Source: Thermoanaerobaculia bacterium (GTDB taxonomy: Bacteria > Acidobacteriota > Thermoanaerobaculia > UBA5066 > DATFVB01). From it: a DNA stretch of 57,039 bases. Within the stretch, counting starts at the first letter, position 1. The number at the start of each line of letters is the position of its first letter. Under the pieces are notes generated by a model that was not told the DNA's origin, made no database searches, and saw only the letters and a list, made by a program, of their open reading frames with translations. The stretch spans positions 1 to 57,039 of the forward strand of contig DATFVB010000156.1 in NCBI GenBank assembly GCA_035260525.1, written 5' to 3'. This document shows, piece after piece, positions 21,439 through 29,884 of the stretch. The translations under genes were made by a program, and so were the position numbers.

Positions 21439-21762
21439 TCAGCCGCGGGGGGGCTCTTCGGGAGGGGAGAGGAACGCGACGCGGGGCGACGCCCCGGCGA
21501 ACGTCGCGGCCGGGAGCGAGAGGAGAAGCCGCGGCGCGGCGGCCGCGGCCGCGAGGATCGCCGGGGGAAGCCCGGGGAGGACCGCCTCGGCCCGGTCGAC
21601 CGGCGGGCAGCTCCTCATCGCGCATTCGGCGCCGGGAAGGCAGCAGGCCATCGCGGCTCCGCCGCGGCAGCACGCCATCGCGGACGGCGCGGCAGACCGA
21701 ACCGGCATCGCCAGTGCGGCGAGAACGGAGACCACCGCGATCAGACCGATCGAACGACGCAT
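21439..21762 (-). CDS. Small secreted Cys/Met-rich protein
   Basis: 107 aa with a signal peptide, then 'AMACCRGGAAMACCLPGAECAMRSCPP'. Supported only by context in the copper/redox operon and by the signal peptide. Confidence 0.45.
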   Translation of the reverse strand: MRRSIGLIAVVSVLAALAMPVRSAAPSAMACCRGGAAMACCLPGAECAMRSCPPVDRAEAVLPGLPPAILAAAAAAPRLLLSLPAATFAGASPRVAFLSPPEEPPRG

Positions 21763-21817
21763 TCCGGGAAAACGATAGCACGCGGGCGCCGGCTTCCGGC
21801 GCCCGCGTGCCCTGCCT

Positions 21818-22384
21818 TCATTTTTCGGGCGCCGCCGGCTTTTCCGCGACCACCCCGCAGCCGATCCGTCCGCCGGCGTTGCCCGTCGGCTGCGTATGCA
21901 TGTCGTCCTCTTTCGCGTGCACGACGATCGCCCGGCCGACGACCGAGCGGTCGCCCGGCGTGACCGTCAGCATCGTCGTGTCGAGCTCCAGATGTCCGCG
22001 CCCCTCGCCGCCGACCGTCATGTTCCCGAAATCGCCGGCGTGGTGGCTGGCTGCGTCGGGGGAGCCGTGCTCCATGTGCATCGGGTTGAAATGGCCTCCC
22101 GCCGAGGCGGCGTCGGGTGCGGAGCAATCCCCCTTTTCGTGCAGGTGCACCGCGTGGACGCCCTCCGGAGCGTTGGCCACGTCGACCGTGACATGGACGG
22201 CGTCTCCGTTCTGGACGAACGTCGCCGTGCCGGTCAGGGTGCTTGCGCTCCGCCCTTCGATCATGGCGGTCGCCGTCGGGCCCGCGTGGGGCGCCGTCGT
22301 GGCCGTCGTCGAGGATTTCGAGCCCGCGCAGGCGGCGAGGCAGACGAGAGGGACGATCGCGATGAATGGCCGGATGAGACGCAT
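21818..22384 (-). CDS. sodC: Cu/Zn superoxide dismutase lipoprotein
   Basis: The lipobox is 'LVCLAAC'. Motifs are 'HAVHLHEKGDC', 'GGHFNP', 'HAGDFGN' and 'IVVHAKEDD'. Confidence 0.9.
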   Translation of the reverse strand: MRLIRPFIAIVPLVCLAACAGSKSSTTATTAPHAGPTATAMIEGRSASTLTGTATFVQNGDAVHVTVDVANAPEGVHAVHLHEKGDCSAPDAASAGGHFNPMHMEHGSPDAASHHAGDFGNMTVGGEGRGHLELDTTMLTVTPGDRSVVGRAIVVHAKEDDMHTQPTGNAGGRIGCGVVAEKPAAPEK

Positions 22385-22405
22385 GGGACCACCTCCGGGT
22401 CGATT

Positions 22406-22873
22406 CTATGCGGCTGGCGAACGACGGCGCGGGCGCCGTGCTTTCGCCTTCGAAGACTTTGCCGGGCTCTTGGACCGGCCCTTCGACCGTTTCGACGCTT
22501 TCCCGCCGCGTTTGCCGCCGCCGCGCCGGCCGAGCGCTCCCGCCTCGATCGGCTCGACGGTCAGGGAATAGAACACGCCGTTGAACCCGATGCGGGTCTC
22601 CGCGGTCTGTCCGGCCGGCACGGCGCCCTTGAACCGGCCGCGCTCGCTCGCGACGAGGACTCCGTTCTCCCAGGCTCGGGCCTCGAAGGCGATCTTTCGC
22701 CCATCGAGGGTGTGCCGTGTGTCGTTGCGGGCGACGACGCGGCAGATCGTGACGGCGTCGGAGGAGACGTAGGGATCGGGCTCGATCGAAAGCGTCGCGT
22801 CGCCGGCGCGAGCCGAGCCGGGGAAAAGCATCAGGAGCGGGGCGAAGAGGAGGAGCGTTGGCGTTTTCATCAT
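22406..22873 (-). CDS. Secreted hypothetical protein with a K/R/S-rich C-terminal tail
   Basis: The start is ATGATG at 22873 with the signal peptide 'MMKTPTLLLFAPLLMLFPGSARA'. A ~90-aa beta-rich domain is followed by 'GRRGGGKRGGKASKRSKGRSKSPAKSSKAKARRPRRR'. Confidence 0.55.
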   Translation of the reverse strand: MMKTPTLLLFAPLLMLFPGSARAGDATLSIEPDPYVSSDAVTICRVVARNDTRHTLDGRKIAFEARAWENGVLVASERGRFKGAVPAGQTAETRIGFNGVFYSLTVEPIEAGALGRRGGGKRGGKASKRSKGRSKSPAKSSKAKARRPRRRSPAA

Positions 22874-23192
22874 CCTTCCTTTCGGGAGGGATGAAGGCGC
22901 CGCGGGAGACGAGGACGAGGAGAAAGCTATCACACGGGCGCGCCGGGATCGTTCAGAAAGTCGAGGAAGATTACTTCGAAACCGGTCATTCCGGGGCCGC
23001 GGGCCGATGCCTATTCGAAGAATCCGAGCATCAAAGATGCGAGCCTCTGATCCGGGGGCCGATCGCCACGGCCGCGTTGCGGCCTCGCGATGACGGTATG
23101 AGGGAGCGCGGATTCGGCGGGCCGCCCGTTGTCCGCCCGGCCGGCATTCCCGGGCACCACCCCGTTGACTTCCGGTGTAGTGTGGAAGAGCG

Positions 23193-24131
23193 ATGCCCCG
23201 CACGCTTTCCGCCGCGATCACGGAATTCCTGCGGGCGCTCTCCCTCGAACGGAACTTCTCTCCTCAGACGGTGCGCGCCTACGCTTCCGACCTCGCGCGA
23301 TTCTGCGAATTCTGGGAGAAGGAGTTCGCCAACGTCCCGGCGTCGAAGACGCCCATCGACCGGATCGACGCGCTCGCCGTCCGCGCGCACGTCGCTTCGC
23401 TCCACCGGGCGAACCTCTCGAGCCGGTCGCTCGCCCGGCACCTCTCCGCCCTCCGCTCGCTCTTCCGGTGGGCCTGCCGCTCCGGATGGTGCGCCGCCAA
23501 CCCGGCAGCCGGCGTACCGACGCCGCGACAGCCGAAGACGCTTCCGCGCGCGCTGACCTTCGCCGACACCGAGCGGCTCCTCTCGGCCGACGAGGAGGGG
23601 GCGCCGTTCCCCGAGCGGGACCGCGCCATGTTCGAGATGCTCTACGCGACCGGGATCCGGGTCTCGGAGCTTTCCGGGCTCGACCTGGACGATCTCGACT
23701 CCGCGCAGCGGCTCGCGCGCGTGCTCGGAAAGGGGGGAAAGGAGCGGATCGTCCCGTACGGCGAGCCCGCCGCCGACGCGCTCCGCGCCTATCTCCCGGC
23801 GCGCGCGGCGCTTCGATCGGGGGCCGAGGCGCGCGGAGACGCCGGCGACGGGCGCGAGCCGCTATTGGTCAACCACCGCGGAGGCCGCCTCACCTCTCGT
23901 TCGGTCGCGAGGATCTTGAAGCGCCGCCTGCGCGAGGCCGGTCTCCCCGACCGGATCTCGCCGCACGCCCTTCGCCACACCTTCGCGACGCACCTCCTGT
24001 CCGCGGGCGCCGACCTTCGATCGATCCAGGAGCTCCTCGGCCACGCCTCGCTCTCGACGACGCAGAAGTACACGCACGTCGATGCGGCGAGGCTGATGGA
24101 GGTTTACAAGAAGTCCCACCCGAAAGCATAG
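23193..24131 (+). CDS. xerC: Tyrosine recombinase XerC/XerD family
   Basis: 312 aa. The N-terminal SAM-like domain shows 'FSPQTVRAYASDL'. Catalytic motifs are 'TGIRVSEL', 'HALRHTFATHLL' and 'LLGHASLSTTQKYTH'. Confidence 0.88.
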   Translation: MPRTLSAAITEFLRALSLERNFSPQTVRAYASDLARFCEFWEKEFANVPASKTPIDRIDALAVRAHVASLHRANLSSRSLARHLSALRSLFRWACRSGWCAANPAAGVPTPRQPKTLPRALTFADTERLLSADEEGAPFPERDRAMFEMLYATGIRVSELSGLDLDDLDSAQRLARVLGKGGKERIVPYGEPAADALRAYLPARAALRSGAEARGDAGDGREPLLVNHRGGRLTSRSVARILKRRLREAGLPDRISPHALRHTFATHLLSAGADLRSIQELLGHASLSTTQKYTHVDAARLMEVYKKSHPKA

Positions 24132-24149
24132 GGGCCGGCGCGGACCATA

Positions 24150-24268
24150 CGGGTCGTTATATGGGACGCGGCCGCCCGGCCGGCGGCGCTCAACGTACGC
24201 CCGGGTACGCCTCGGCCGCCGGCCCGGGCGCCCGCGCCCGTCTTCCAACCCGTCTGGCCGCGCCTCGA
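24150..24268 (-). repeat. Dispersed ~120-nt repeat, copy C (inverted, diverged at one end)
   Basis: It contains the central CAACGTACGC...GGTACGCC block and the GCGCCTCG end. The ATGCATCGAGCC end is degenerate. Confidence 0.6.
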
Positions 24269-24369
24269 ACTCTCTGGTACTGAAATCGTGTATTTTGACG
24301 AGCAAGGTGACGAGCCAACTCACCCGGGCCCCGAATGCTATCTGAACGAGGGTAGGGCGAAGCGATCAG

Positions 24370-24490
24370 GTGCGGCGAGGCGCGAGCGAGACGGGATGCG
24401 GGCACGCCTGACGAGTCCCGAGGCGTACCGAGAGCGTACGTTCAGGGCGCGGCAGGCGGGCACGCGCCCGTATCGCTCGATGCATCGCCG
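24370..24490 (+). repeat. Dispersed ~120-nt repeat, copy D
   Basis: Full-length match to copies B, E and F. Together with copy C it forms an inverted pair about 100 nt apart. Confidence 0.85.
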
Positions 24491-24496
24491 CACCAG

Positions 24497-24748
24497 CTAC
24501 TCTGTCGCGATCGCGATGTCGTCGGGAAAGTGATGCCACCTTCGGAAGTTCGACGGCGAGCATTCCCGGGCTTCCTCGGCCGTCGCGTGCCGCGCGTTCC
24601 ATGCGGTGTTGACGTGGAGATAGAGGTGCATCATCGCGGCGAGCAGCTTCTCTTCGTCGAAGGTGGGCTCGCTTTCGAGCCGGCGGATCGTGCCGGCGAG
24701 CGCCGACTCCGCTTCCTTGAGGTTGAAGAGCACGTAGTCACGGTTCAT
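24497..24748 (-). CDS. Hypothetical protein (83 aa)
   Basis: 'MNRDYVLFNLKEAESALAGTIRRL...' has non-biased composition. Its ATG overlaps the stop of the DinB gene (ATGA). Confidence 0.55.
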   Translation of the reverse strand: MNRDYVLFNLKEAESALAGTIRRLESEPTFDEEKLLAAMMHLYLHVNTAWNARHATAEEARECSPSNFRRWHHFPDDIAIATE

Positions 24749-25263
24749 CGTTTCCTCCCCGGCCGGCCGCCGGGCGTCCGGGGCCGCGGCATCATGCGTT
24801 TGATCAGCTGGACCTGTCCCGCGTGGTACAGATCGTGGGCCGCCGCGCCCGTGACGAGCGCCGTCCGCGACGTCTTCCTTCCGGGAAGCCGCCGGTCGAG
24901 CGCGGCCGGATCGATTCGGGCGATCGCATCGCGCAGCGACCGGTGCGTCGCGTCGAGGAGCGCCACGTCCGCCTTCCACTCCGCTTCCGAACCGCCGGGC
25001 CGCTCGAACCAGTTGGAGCCCTTGCGGGCGAACGATCCCCTCGGCGCTCCCGTCAGCGACCGGATCACGACATACTTCCAGTAGGCGGCATGGACCGCGA
25101 TCTCCCAGATGTTGTGGCGCCGCTTGCCGGGCCGCCACGAGGCTTCCTTCGCCGAAAGCCCCCGCAGCGCGCCGCGAAGGTTCGTGCCGTGCCAGGACTT
25201 TCGGTCATAGGCCCGGTCGCAGGCGGAGAGAAGGACGTCGATCACCGCGGGGAATCGGGCCAT
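24745..25263 (-). CDS. DinB-family (DinB_2-like) four-helix-bundle protein
   Basis: Motifs 'WHGTNLRGAL', 'NIWEIAVHAAYW' and 'HDLYHAGQVQLIKR' carry the His triad typical of DinB-superfamily proteins. The start is taken at MARFPAV; 25287 is an alternative. Confidence 0.7.
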   Translation of the reverse strand: MARFPAVIDVLLSACDRAYDRKSWHGTNLRGALRGLSAKEASWRPGKRRHNIWEIAVHAAYWKYVVIRSLTGAPRGSFARKGSNWFERPGGSEAEWKADVALLDATHRSLRDAIARIDPAALDRRLPGRKTSRTALVTGAAAHDLYHAGQVQLIKRMMPRPRTPGGRPGRKR

Positions 25264-25410
25264 GGTTCGGGCCGTGGTTCGGGCCATGATCCGGGAGGAT
25301 AACGCGGGGAGGTGGAAACGGGTGTCGCCGGACGGCGGTCCGGGCGGGAGGGCGGCAGAAAGCGATCTACCGGACGGCCTGGCCGTCCGGACGCCGGAGC
25401 GCCCCTAGCG

Positions 25411-25566
25411 TCAGCGGGTCATCATGAGGGAGAGTCCCCGGACCACTCCCCAGATCTCCGCGGCGACCGATGCGATTCCCAGGATCGTGATCGCGACCGG
25501 GACCCAGCGCCCGCCGGAAGGCTTCCGGCGGGCGTCGGCGTCGTCCCGATCTTCCCCTTCGCTCAT
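25411..25566 (-). CDS. Possible small single-TM protein (51 aa)
   Basis: 'MSEGEDRDDADARRKPSGGRWVPVAITILGIASVAAEIWGVV...' has GGGAG 7 nt upstream of the ATG. There is no homology support. Confidence 0.25.
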   Translation of the reverse strand: MSEGEDRDDADARRKPSGGRWVPVAITILGIASVAAEIWGVVRGLSLMMTR

Positions 25567-25774
25567 CGAACCGCTCCCGCACCTATGCATACGGTGTTCC
25601 CATGCCTTTGTACGGTCCCCGAGGCGAAACGGTTTGATCAGGCGCGGCCGGCGAGAGTCGTTAGAATGCCCCGTCGAAGGAAGGCACGCCACGCGTCGAA
25701 ATTCCACCGCAAACCGCGAGCGGCGGACGCCGGGAGGCGCCCGGCCGGAGCTGACGACGCCCCGCGGCGCCCGC

Positions 25775-26917
25775 GTGGCGGTTTTGCTGCTCGCGAGCGG
25801 CGTCCTCCTCCTTCTCCCCGGCTGCCGCCAACGGACGTCCGTGAGCGTCGCGTCGGCGAGGCGGCAGGACCTCGCGATTCCCGTTCTCTGCGACGGCACG
25901 CTCGAACCGGAGCCGGGAAGCGAGGTGCGGGCGGCCGACGGGGCGACCGTCGACCGCATCGTGGTCCGGGACGGCGCCCGAGTCGCGGCGGGAGACGCGC
26001 TCGTTCGCCTCTCGGCGCCGGATCTCGAGCGGCAGGCGCGGGAAGCGCGGGCGGAGGCGACGGCGCTCGCGGCCGAGCGCGTTTCGCTCGCGGCGGAGGC
26101 GGCGAGTCTCGAGGCCGAGGCCGGGCGCCGCTCCCGGACGGCCGAGTCCGACGAGCGGCTGCTTCGCTCCGGCGCGATCACCGCGGAGGTCCGCGACGCC
26201 GACGCGGCGGCCGCCGACGAGGCGCGGGCGCGCCTCTCCGCCTCCCGCGCCCGCCTCGCCGCGCTCGCTCCCGGCGGAGCGTCGCGCCTCGATCTGGCGA
26301 GGCGCTCCGCGGACGATCTGGAAGCTCGCGTCGCGCGGCTCACCGTCAAGGCGCCGTCGGCCGGAATCGCCTACGGTCTCCCGCGGAGGGAAGGCGAGCG
26401 CGTTGAGGCCGGTCAGGTCGTCGCCGCGATCGCCGATCCCGTGCGCCGGCGGCTCCGCGCCCGCGTCGACGAGCCGGACCTCCCGCGGATCGCTCCCGGT
26501 CAGCCGTTGACCGCGACGTTCGACGGTCTGCCGGGACGCGAGTGGCGCGGAAAGGTCACTGCGGTTTCGAAGACGCTGCGCGACGAGGGGGGCCGGCGCG
26601 TCGGCGATGTGACCGGCGAGATCGCCGACCGCGCCGCCGAGCTCCCGGGCAACGCCTCGCTCAACGTCTCGATCGTGACGGCTTCGCGCCGGGGGGCGCT
26701 CGTGGTGCCTCGCGCGGCGCTCCAGCGCGACGGCGACCGCCGGTTCGTCTTCGTGCTCGACGGCGGCCTCGCGAGGCGGCGCGACGTGGCGGTCGGGCTG
26801 CTCGGCGCGACCGAGGCGGAGATCACCTCCGGGCTCCCGGAGGGGGCGCGCGTCATCCTGCCGGGCGCCGCGCCCTTGAAGGACGGATCGCGGGTCTCGG
26901 CCTCCGGAGCGTCCTGA
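25775..26917 (+). CDS. HlyD/MacA-type periplasmic adaptor lipoprotein
   Basis: The GTG at 25775 gives the lipobox 'LLLLPGC'. It has a barrel-sandwich hybrid ('DRIVVRDGARVAAGDALVRL'), a long coiled coil and a beta-barrel domain. Confidence 0.8.
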   Translation: MAVLLLASGVLLLLPGCRQRTSVSVASARRQDLAIPVLCDGTLEPEPGSEVRAADGATVDRIVVRDGARVAAGDALVRLSAPDLERQAREARAEATALAAERVSLAAEAASLEAEAGRRSRTAESDERLLRSGAITAEVRDADAAAADEARARLSASRARLAALAPGGASRLDLARRSADDLEARVARLTVKAPSAGIAYGLPRREGERVEAGQVVAAIADPVRRRLRARVDEPDLPRIAPGQPLTATFDGLPGREWRGKVTAVSKTLRDEGGRRVGDVTGEIADRAAELPGNASLNVSIVTASRRGALVVPRAALQRDGDRRFVFVLDGGLARRRDVAVGLLGATEAEITSGLPEGARVILPGAAPLKDGSRVSASGAS

Positions 26918-28122
26918 TGTTCCCCCGCGAGGTCTTCGAGGCCGCTTTCCACCGGTTCCGCACGCACCCGCTCCAGACCGCGCTGACGCTCACGGGGCTC
27001 GTCGTCGGGACCGCGTCGATCATCCTCGTCGTCACGCTCGGCCTGACCGGGCGCGGGTACGTCATGTCGCAGATCGAAGGCGTCGGCTCGCACCTCATCT
27101 GGGCGAGCTACGACGGGACCGTGACCTCCGGCGTGTCCCGCACGCTCGACGACCAGATCACCGACGCGGACGTCCGCGCCGTGGCGGCGAGGACCGACCT
27201 CTTCTCCGGGGTCACGCCGCTCGTCGCGCTTCACGACGAGATCGCCGTTCTGTCGGGCGTCCGGAACCTCACCATCCTCGGGACGGACGAGAATTATCCG
27301 GCGGTCCGCAAGAACCTGCGCATCCTCCAGGGACGTTTCTTCGACCGCGACGACGTGGAGCAGCGGGCCAAGGTCTGCGTCGTCAACCGGGAGCTCTACG
27401 GAAAGCTCTGGCGCGGCGACGACCCTCCCGGGAAGACCGTGCGGGCGCTCGACACGACGTTTCGCGTCGTCGGCGAGTTCGAGGAGCCGGTCGACACGCT
27501 CGGGCAGGGCGACGTGACTCCGGACACGATCTTCATTCCCTCGACGGTCGCGTGGTACTTCACCCCCCGGCGGCGCGTCGACACGCTCTTTGCCGAGGTG
27601 CGGGACTTCGCCCGGATCCCCGACGCCGTCGAGGAGACGCAGAAGCTGCTGGCCGAGCGCCACCACACGGGCTCGGTCTACCGGGTCGACAGCATGACGA
27701 CCGTGATCCGGCTCGCGCGCCGGATCTCGCTCGGATTGATCGTGGCGTTCGTCATCGCCGCGGGGATCGCCGTCGTCGTCGGGGGGGTCGGGATCATGAA
27801 CATCCTGCTCGCGTCGGTCGAGCAGCGCACCCGGGAGATCGGGCTGCGGCTTTCGGTCGGCGCCCGGCGGCGGGACATCCTTCGGCAGTTCCTGCTCGAG
27901 GCGCTGATGCTCGGCGCCGCCGGCTCGCTCATCGGGGTCGTCCTCGGGACCGCGATCCCGCTCGTTCTGCGCTGGATCGTCACGCGCGTCGCGATCCGGA
28001 TCTCTCCGGCATCCGCGATGTTCGCCTTCCTCTTCTCGTGTCTGGTGACGCTCCTCTTCGGCGCGGTTCCGGCCTACCGGGCCGCGCGCCTGAGCCCGAC
28101 GGAGGCCCTTCGCCATGAATAG
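26917..28122 (+). CDS. MacB-type permease (MacB_PCD + FtsX domains) without an ATPase domain
   Basis: The ATG overlaps the upstream stop. It shows 'HPLQTALTLTGLVVGTASI' and 'REIGLRLSVGARRRDI'. There is no Walker motif in this ORF or in the operon. Confidence 0.85.
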   Translation: MFPREVFEAAFHRFRTHPLQTALTLTGLVVGTASIILVVTLGLTGRGYVMSQIEGVGSHLIWASYDGTVTSGVSRTLDDQITDADVRAVAARTDLFSGVTPLVALHDEIAVLSGVRNLTILGTDENYPAVRKNLRILQGRFFDRDDVEQRAKVCVVNRELYGKLWRGDDPPGKTVRALDTTFRVVGEFEEPVDTLGQGDVTPDTIFIPSTVAWYFTPRRRVDTLFAEVRDFARIPDAVEETQKLLAERHHTGSVYRVDSMTTVIRLARRISLGLIVAFVIAAGIAVVVGGVGIMNILLASVEQRTREIGLRLSVGARRRDILRQFLLEALMLGAAGSLIGVVLGTAIPLVLRWIVTRVAIRISPASAMFAFLFSCLVTLLFGAVPAYRAARLSPTEALRHE

Positions 28123-29413
28123 CTTTCCCGTTCTCGCCGCCGCGTTCCTGGTCGGGGCCGGCGCTCCCGCGGGCGCGCAGACGCCCGCCTCCGCCCCTCC
28201 GCAGGTCGTGACGCTCCGTTCGGCGGTCGCGGCGGCCCTCGCCCGTTCGCCGTCGCTCGCGGCGGCCGAGGCGGCGAGCGACGAAGGCGCCGCCGGCGCG
28301 CGCCTGGCGCGCGACGCGTACCGCCCTTCGGCGTCGCTCATCGCGACCCCCGGCTACGCGAGCGGGCTCCCGGTCGCGGTCGCGGGCCAGGTGCCGGCGA
28401 TCGCGGGAATCGACGTGCGGCAGACGATCTGGGACCCGGCCGCGAAGGCCGAGGAGCTCGGCTCCGAGGCGGCGCGGGAGGAGCTCGACGGCGCGCGCGA
28501 ATCCGCGCGGATCGAAACGGCGCGCGCGGTCGTCGAGCTCTACGCGCGCTGCCGCGCGGACGGGGCGGTCGCGGAGGCGGCCGCGCGCCGCGTCGACGCC
28601 GCCCAGGAAGTCCTCCGCCACGTCGAGGCCCGGCAAAAGGAAGGTCGCGAGACCGACCTCGCCGTCGAGCGCGCGGCGCTCCTCCTCGCGCGAGCGCGGC
28701 AGAAGTCCCTCGACGCGGCCTCCGACGCCGACCTCGATCTGCGCGAGCTGCGGATGGCGATCGGCGCCTCGCCGGGACGGGAGCTGCTCCTCCCCGACGA
28801 CCCCGCGAGCGTCCTCCCGGCGGAGGTTCCCGACCGCGAGGCGGCGTTCGCCGCGGACCCGGCGCTGTGCGCGCTCGAACGCCGCGGCGAGATCCTCGAT
28901 GCGCTGCGGCGCGCGAAGGCGCGGCCGATCGCGCCCGTCGTGCAGGCGGAGGCGCAATACTGGCGCCTCGCCTCCGGGAGCTACGCGCGGTACTACAACC
29001 ATTTCAAGGCCGACGACTGGAGCGTCGGCGTCGCCGTGGCGGTGCCGCTCTTCTCCGGCGGACGGCTCGCCGAGGAGCGCGCCCGGAGCGAGAGTGCCTG
29101 GAGGCGCGTCGAGGCGCAGGCGCGCGAGCGCCGCGAGACGCTCGACCTCCTCTTCGCGCGCGCGGAGGCGGCCGCTGCCCGCGCGGGGTCGGCCGCCGCG
29201 CTCGCCCGCCGGGCCCGGGGCGTCGCCGAAGGCGCGCTCGAAGCCGCCGAGGCCCTCGCGCGGGAGGGGAGGGGCGACGCGGACGCGCCGGCGCTGCGCC
29301 GCCTCGAGCTCTCCGACGCCGACGAGGAAGTCGCGGACGCCGAGCGCGCGCTCGCGGCGGCCCGGGGCGAGCTGCTTGCGGTGTCGGGGCGCCTCCTCGC
29401 CGCCCTCCAATAA
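28115..29413 (+). CDS. TolC-family outer-membrane efflux protein
   Basis: 432 aa with a signal peptide. 'LRSAVAAALARSPSLAAAEA' starts a twofold repeated coiled-coil/beta pattern. Confidence 0.8.
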   Translation: MNSFPVLAAAFLVGAGAPAGAQTPASAPPQVVTLRSAVAAALARSPSLAAAEAASDEGAAGARLARDAYRPSASLIATPGYASGLPVAVAGQVPAIAGIDVRQTIWDPAAKAEELGSEAAREELDGARESARIETARAVVELYARCRADGAVAEAAARRVDAAQEVLRHVEARQKEGRETDLAVERAALLLARARQKSLDAASDADLDLRELRMAIGASPGRELLLPDDPASVLPAEVPDREAAFAADPALCALERRGEILDALRRAKARPIAPVVQAEAQYWRLASGSYARYYNHFKADDWSVGVAVAVPLFSGGRLAEERARSESAWRRVEAQARERRETLDLLFARAEAAAARAGSAAALARRARGVAEGALEAAEALAREGRGDADAPALRRLELSDADEEVADAERALAAARGELLAVSGRLLAALQ

Positions 29414-29565
29414 GAGCCGGCGCGGCGACCTGTCCCGCCGAAGCCTTGGCGGAGGTGGATACATCGAGCGAGTGCCGTCGCACTGGCGTGCTTGGCGATC
29501 GGCGCGCTCAGTGCTCGCGCACTGGCCGCTTCGCGGCTGATCCGCCGCATTGCGGCGGCCGCGCT

Positions 29566-29680
29566 GGATACCCGGGCGCGTGCCGGCCCGCCGCGCCCTC
29601 AACGTACGCTCTCGGTACGCCTCGGGACGCGGCGTGCCTGCCCGCATCCCGTCTGGCTCGCGTCTGGCCGCGCCTCGTCG
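29566..29680 (-). repeat. Dispersed ~120-nt repeat, copy E (inverted)
   Basis: The reverse complement aligns closely with copy D (GACGGGATGCGGGCA...GAGGCGTACCGAGAGCGTACGTT.AGGGCGCGGC). Possible extra degenerate fragments lie at 29455-29560. Confidence 0.8.
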
Positions 29681-29848
29681 TCGGTGCAACTGAGCTCGCC
29701 CTCGAAGGGAAAGCGGATACATGGAGCCCGGCGGGCGCGTGGCCGGCCGCGGTGTCGTCGCCGTTCGTTCTCGTTTGCGATTTCAGCGAACGGTAGGGCA
29801 TTCGAAGAATTCGACAATCCCAAAGATGCGCGGTAATCGAGCGGCCTC

Positions 29849-29876
29849 TTGACGTATAAGTAAATATCTGTATAGT
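29849..29876 (+). promoter_or_regulatory. Strong-looking sigma70 promoter giving a leaderless tetR transcript
   Basis: TTGACG (29849-29854), a 16-nt AT-rich spacer, then TATAGT (29871-29876). The ATG at 29885 is only 8 nt downstream and has no SD. Confidence 0.55.
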
Positions 29877-29884
29877 TATTTTCT

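Noticed and set aside
23193-24131. XerC plus flanking repeats as an integrase marking a genomic island or integrated element.
   Set aside because: The protein has housekeeping XerC/XerD-type motifs and length. The flanking repeats belong to a family found at five other unrelated intergenic sites. I saw no tRNA or att-like direct repeats bracketing a compositionally distinct segment.
24288-24533. Small ORFs covering the dispersed repeats (24288..24533, 24366..24602, 10554..10865, 7569..7790, 29492..29836, 47361..47984 in part).
   Set aside because: They are translations of the repeat element in one or other orientation ('...ARRERDGMRA...YRERT.RARQAGTRP...'). The same 'protein' recurs at unrelated loci, with no start or RBS context.
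27980-29722. A 580-aa minus-strand ORF antisense to tolC, and the 17024..18337 437-aa ORF over gluQ/cytochrome c.
   Set aside because: These are low-complexity Arg/Pro/Gly translations. The competing frames have clear family motifs.
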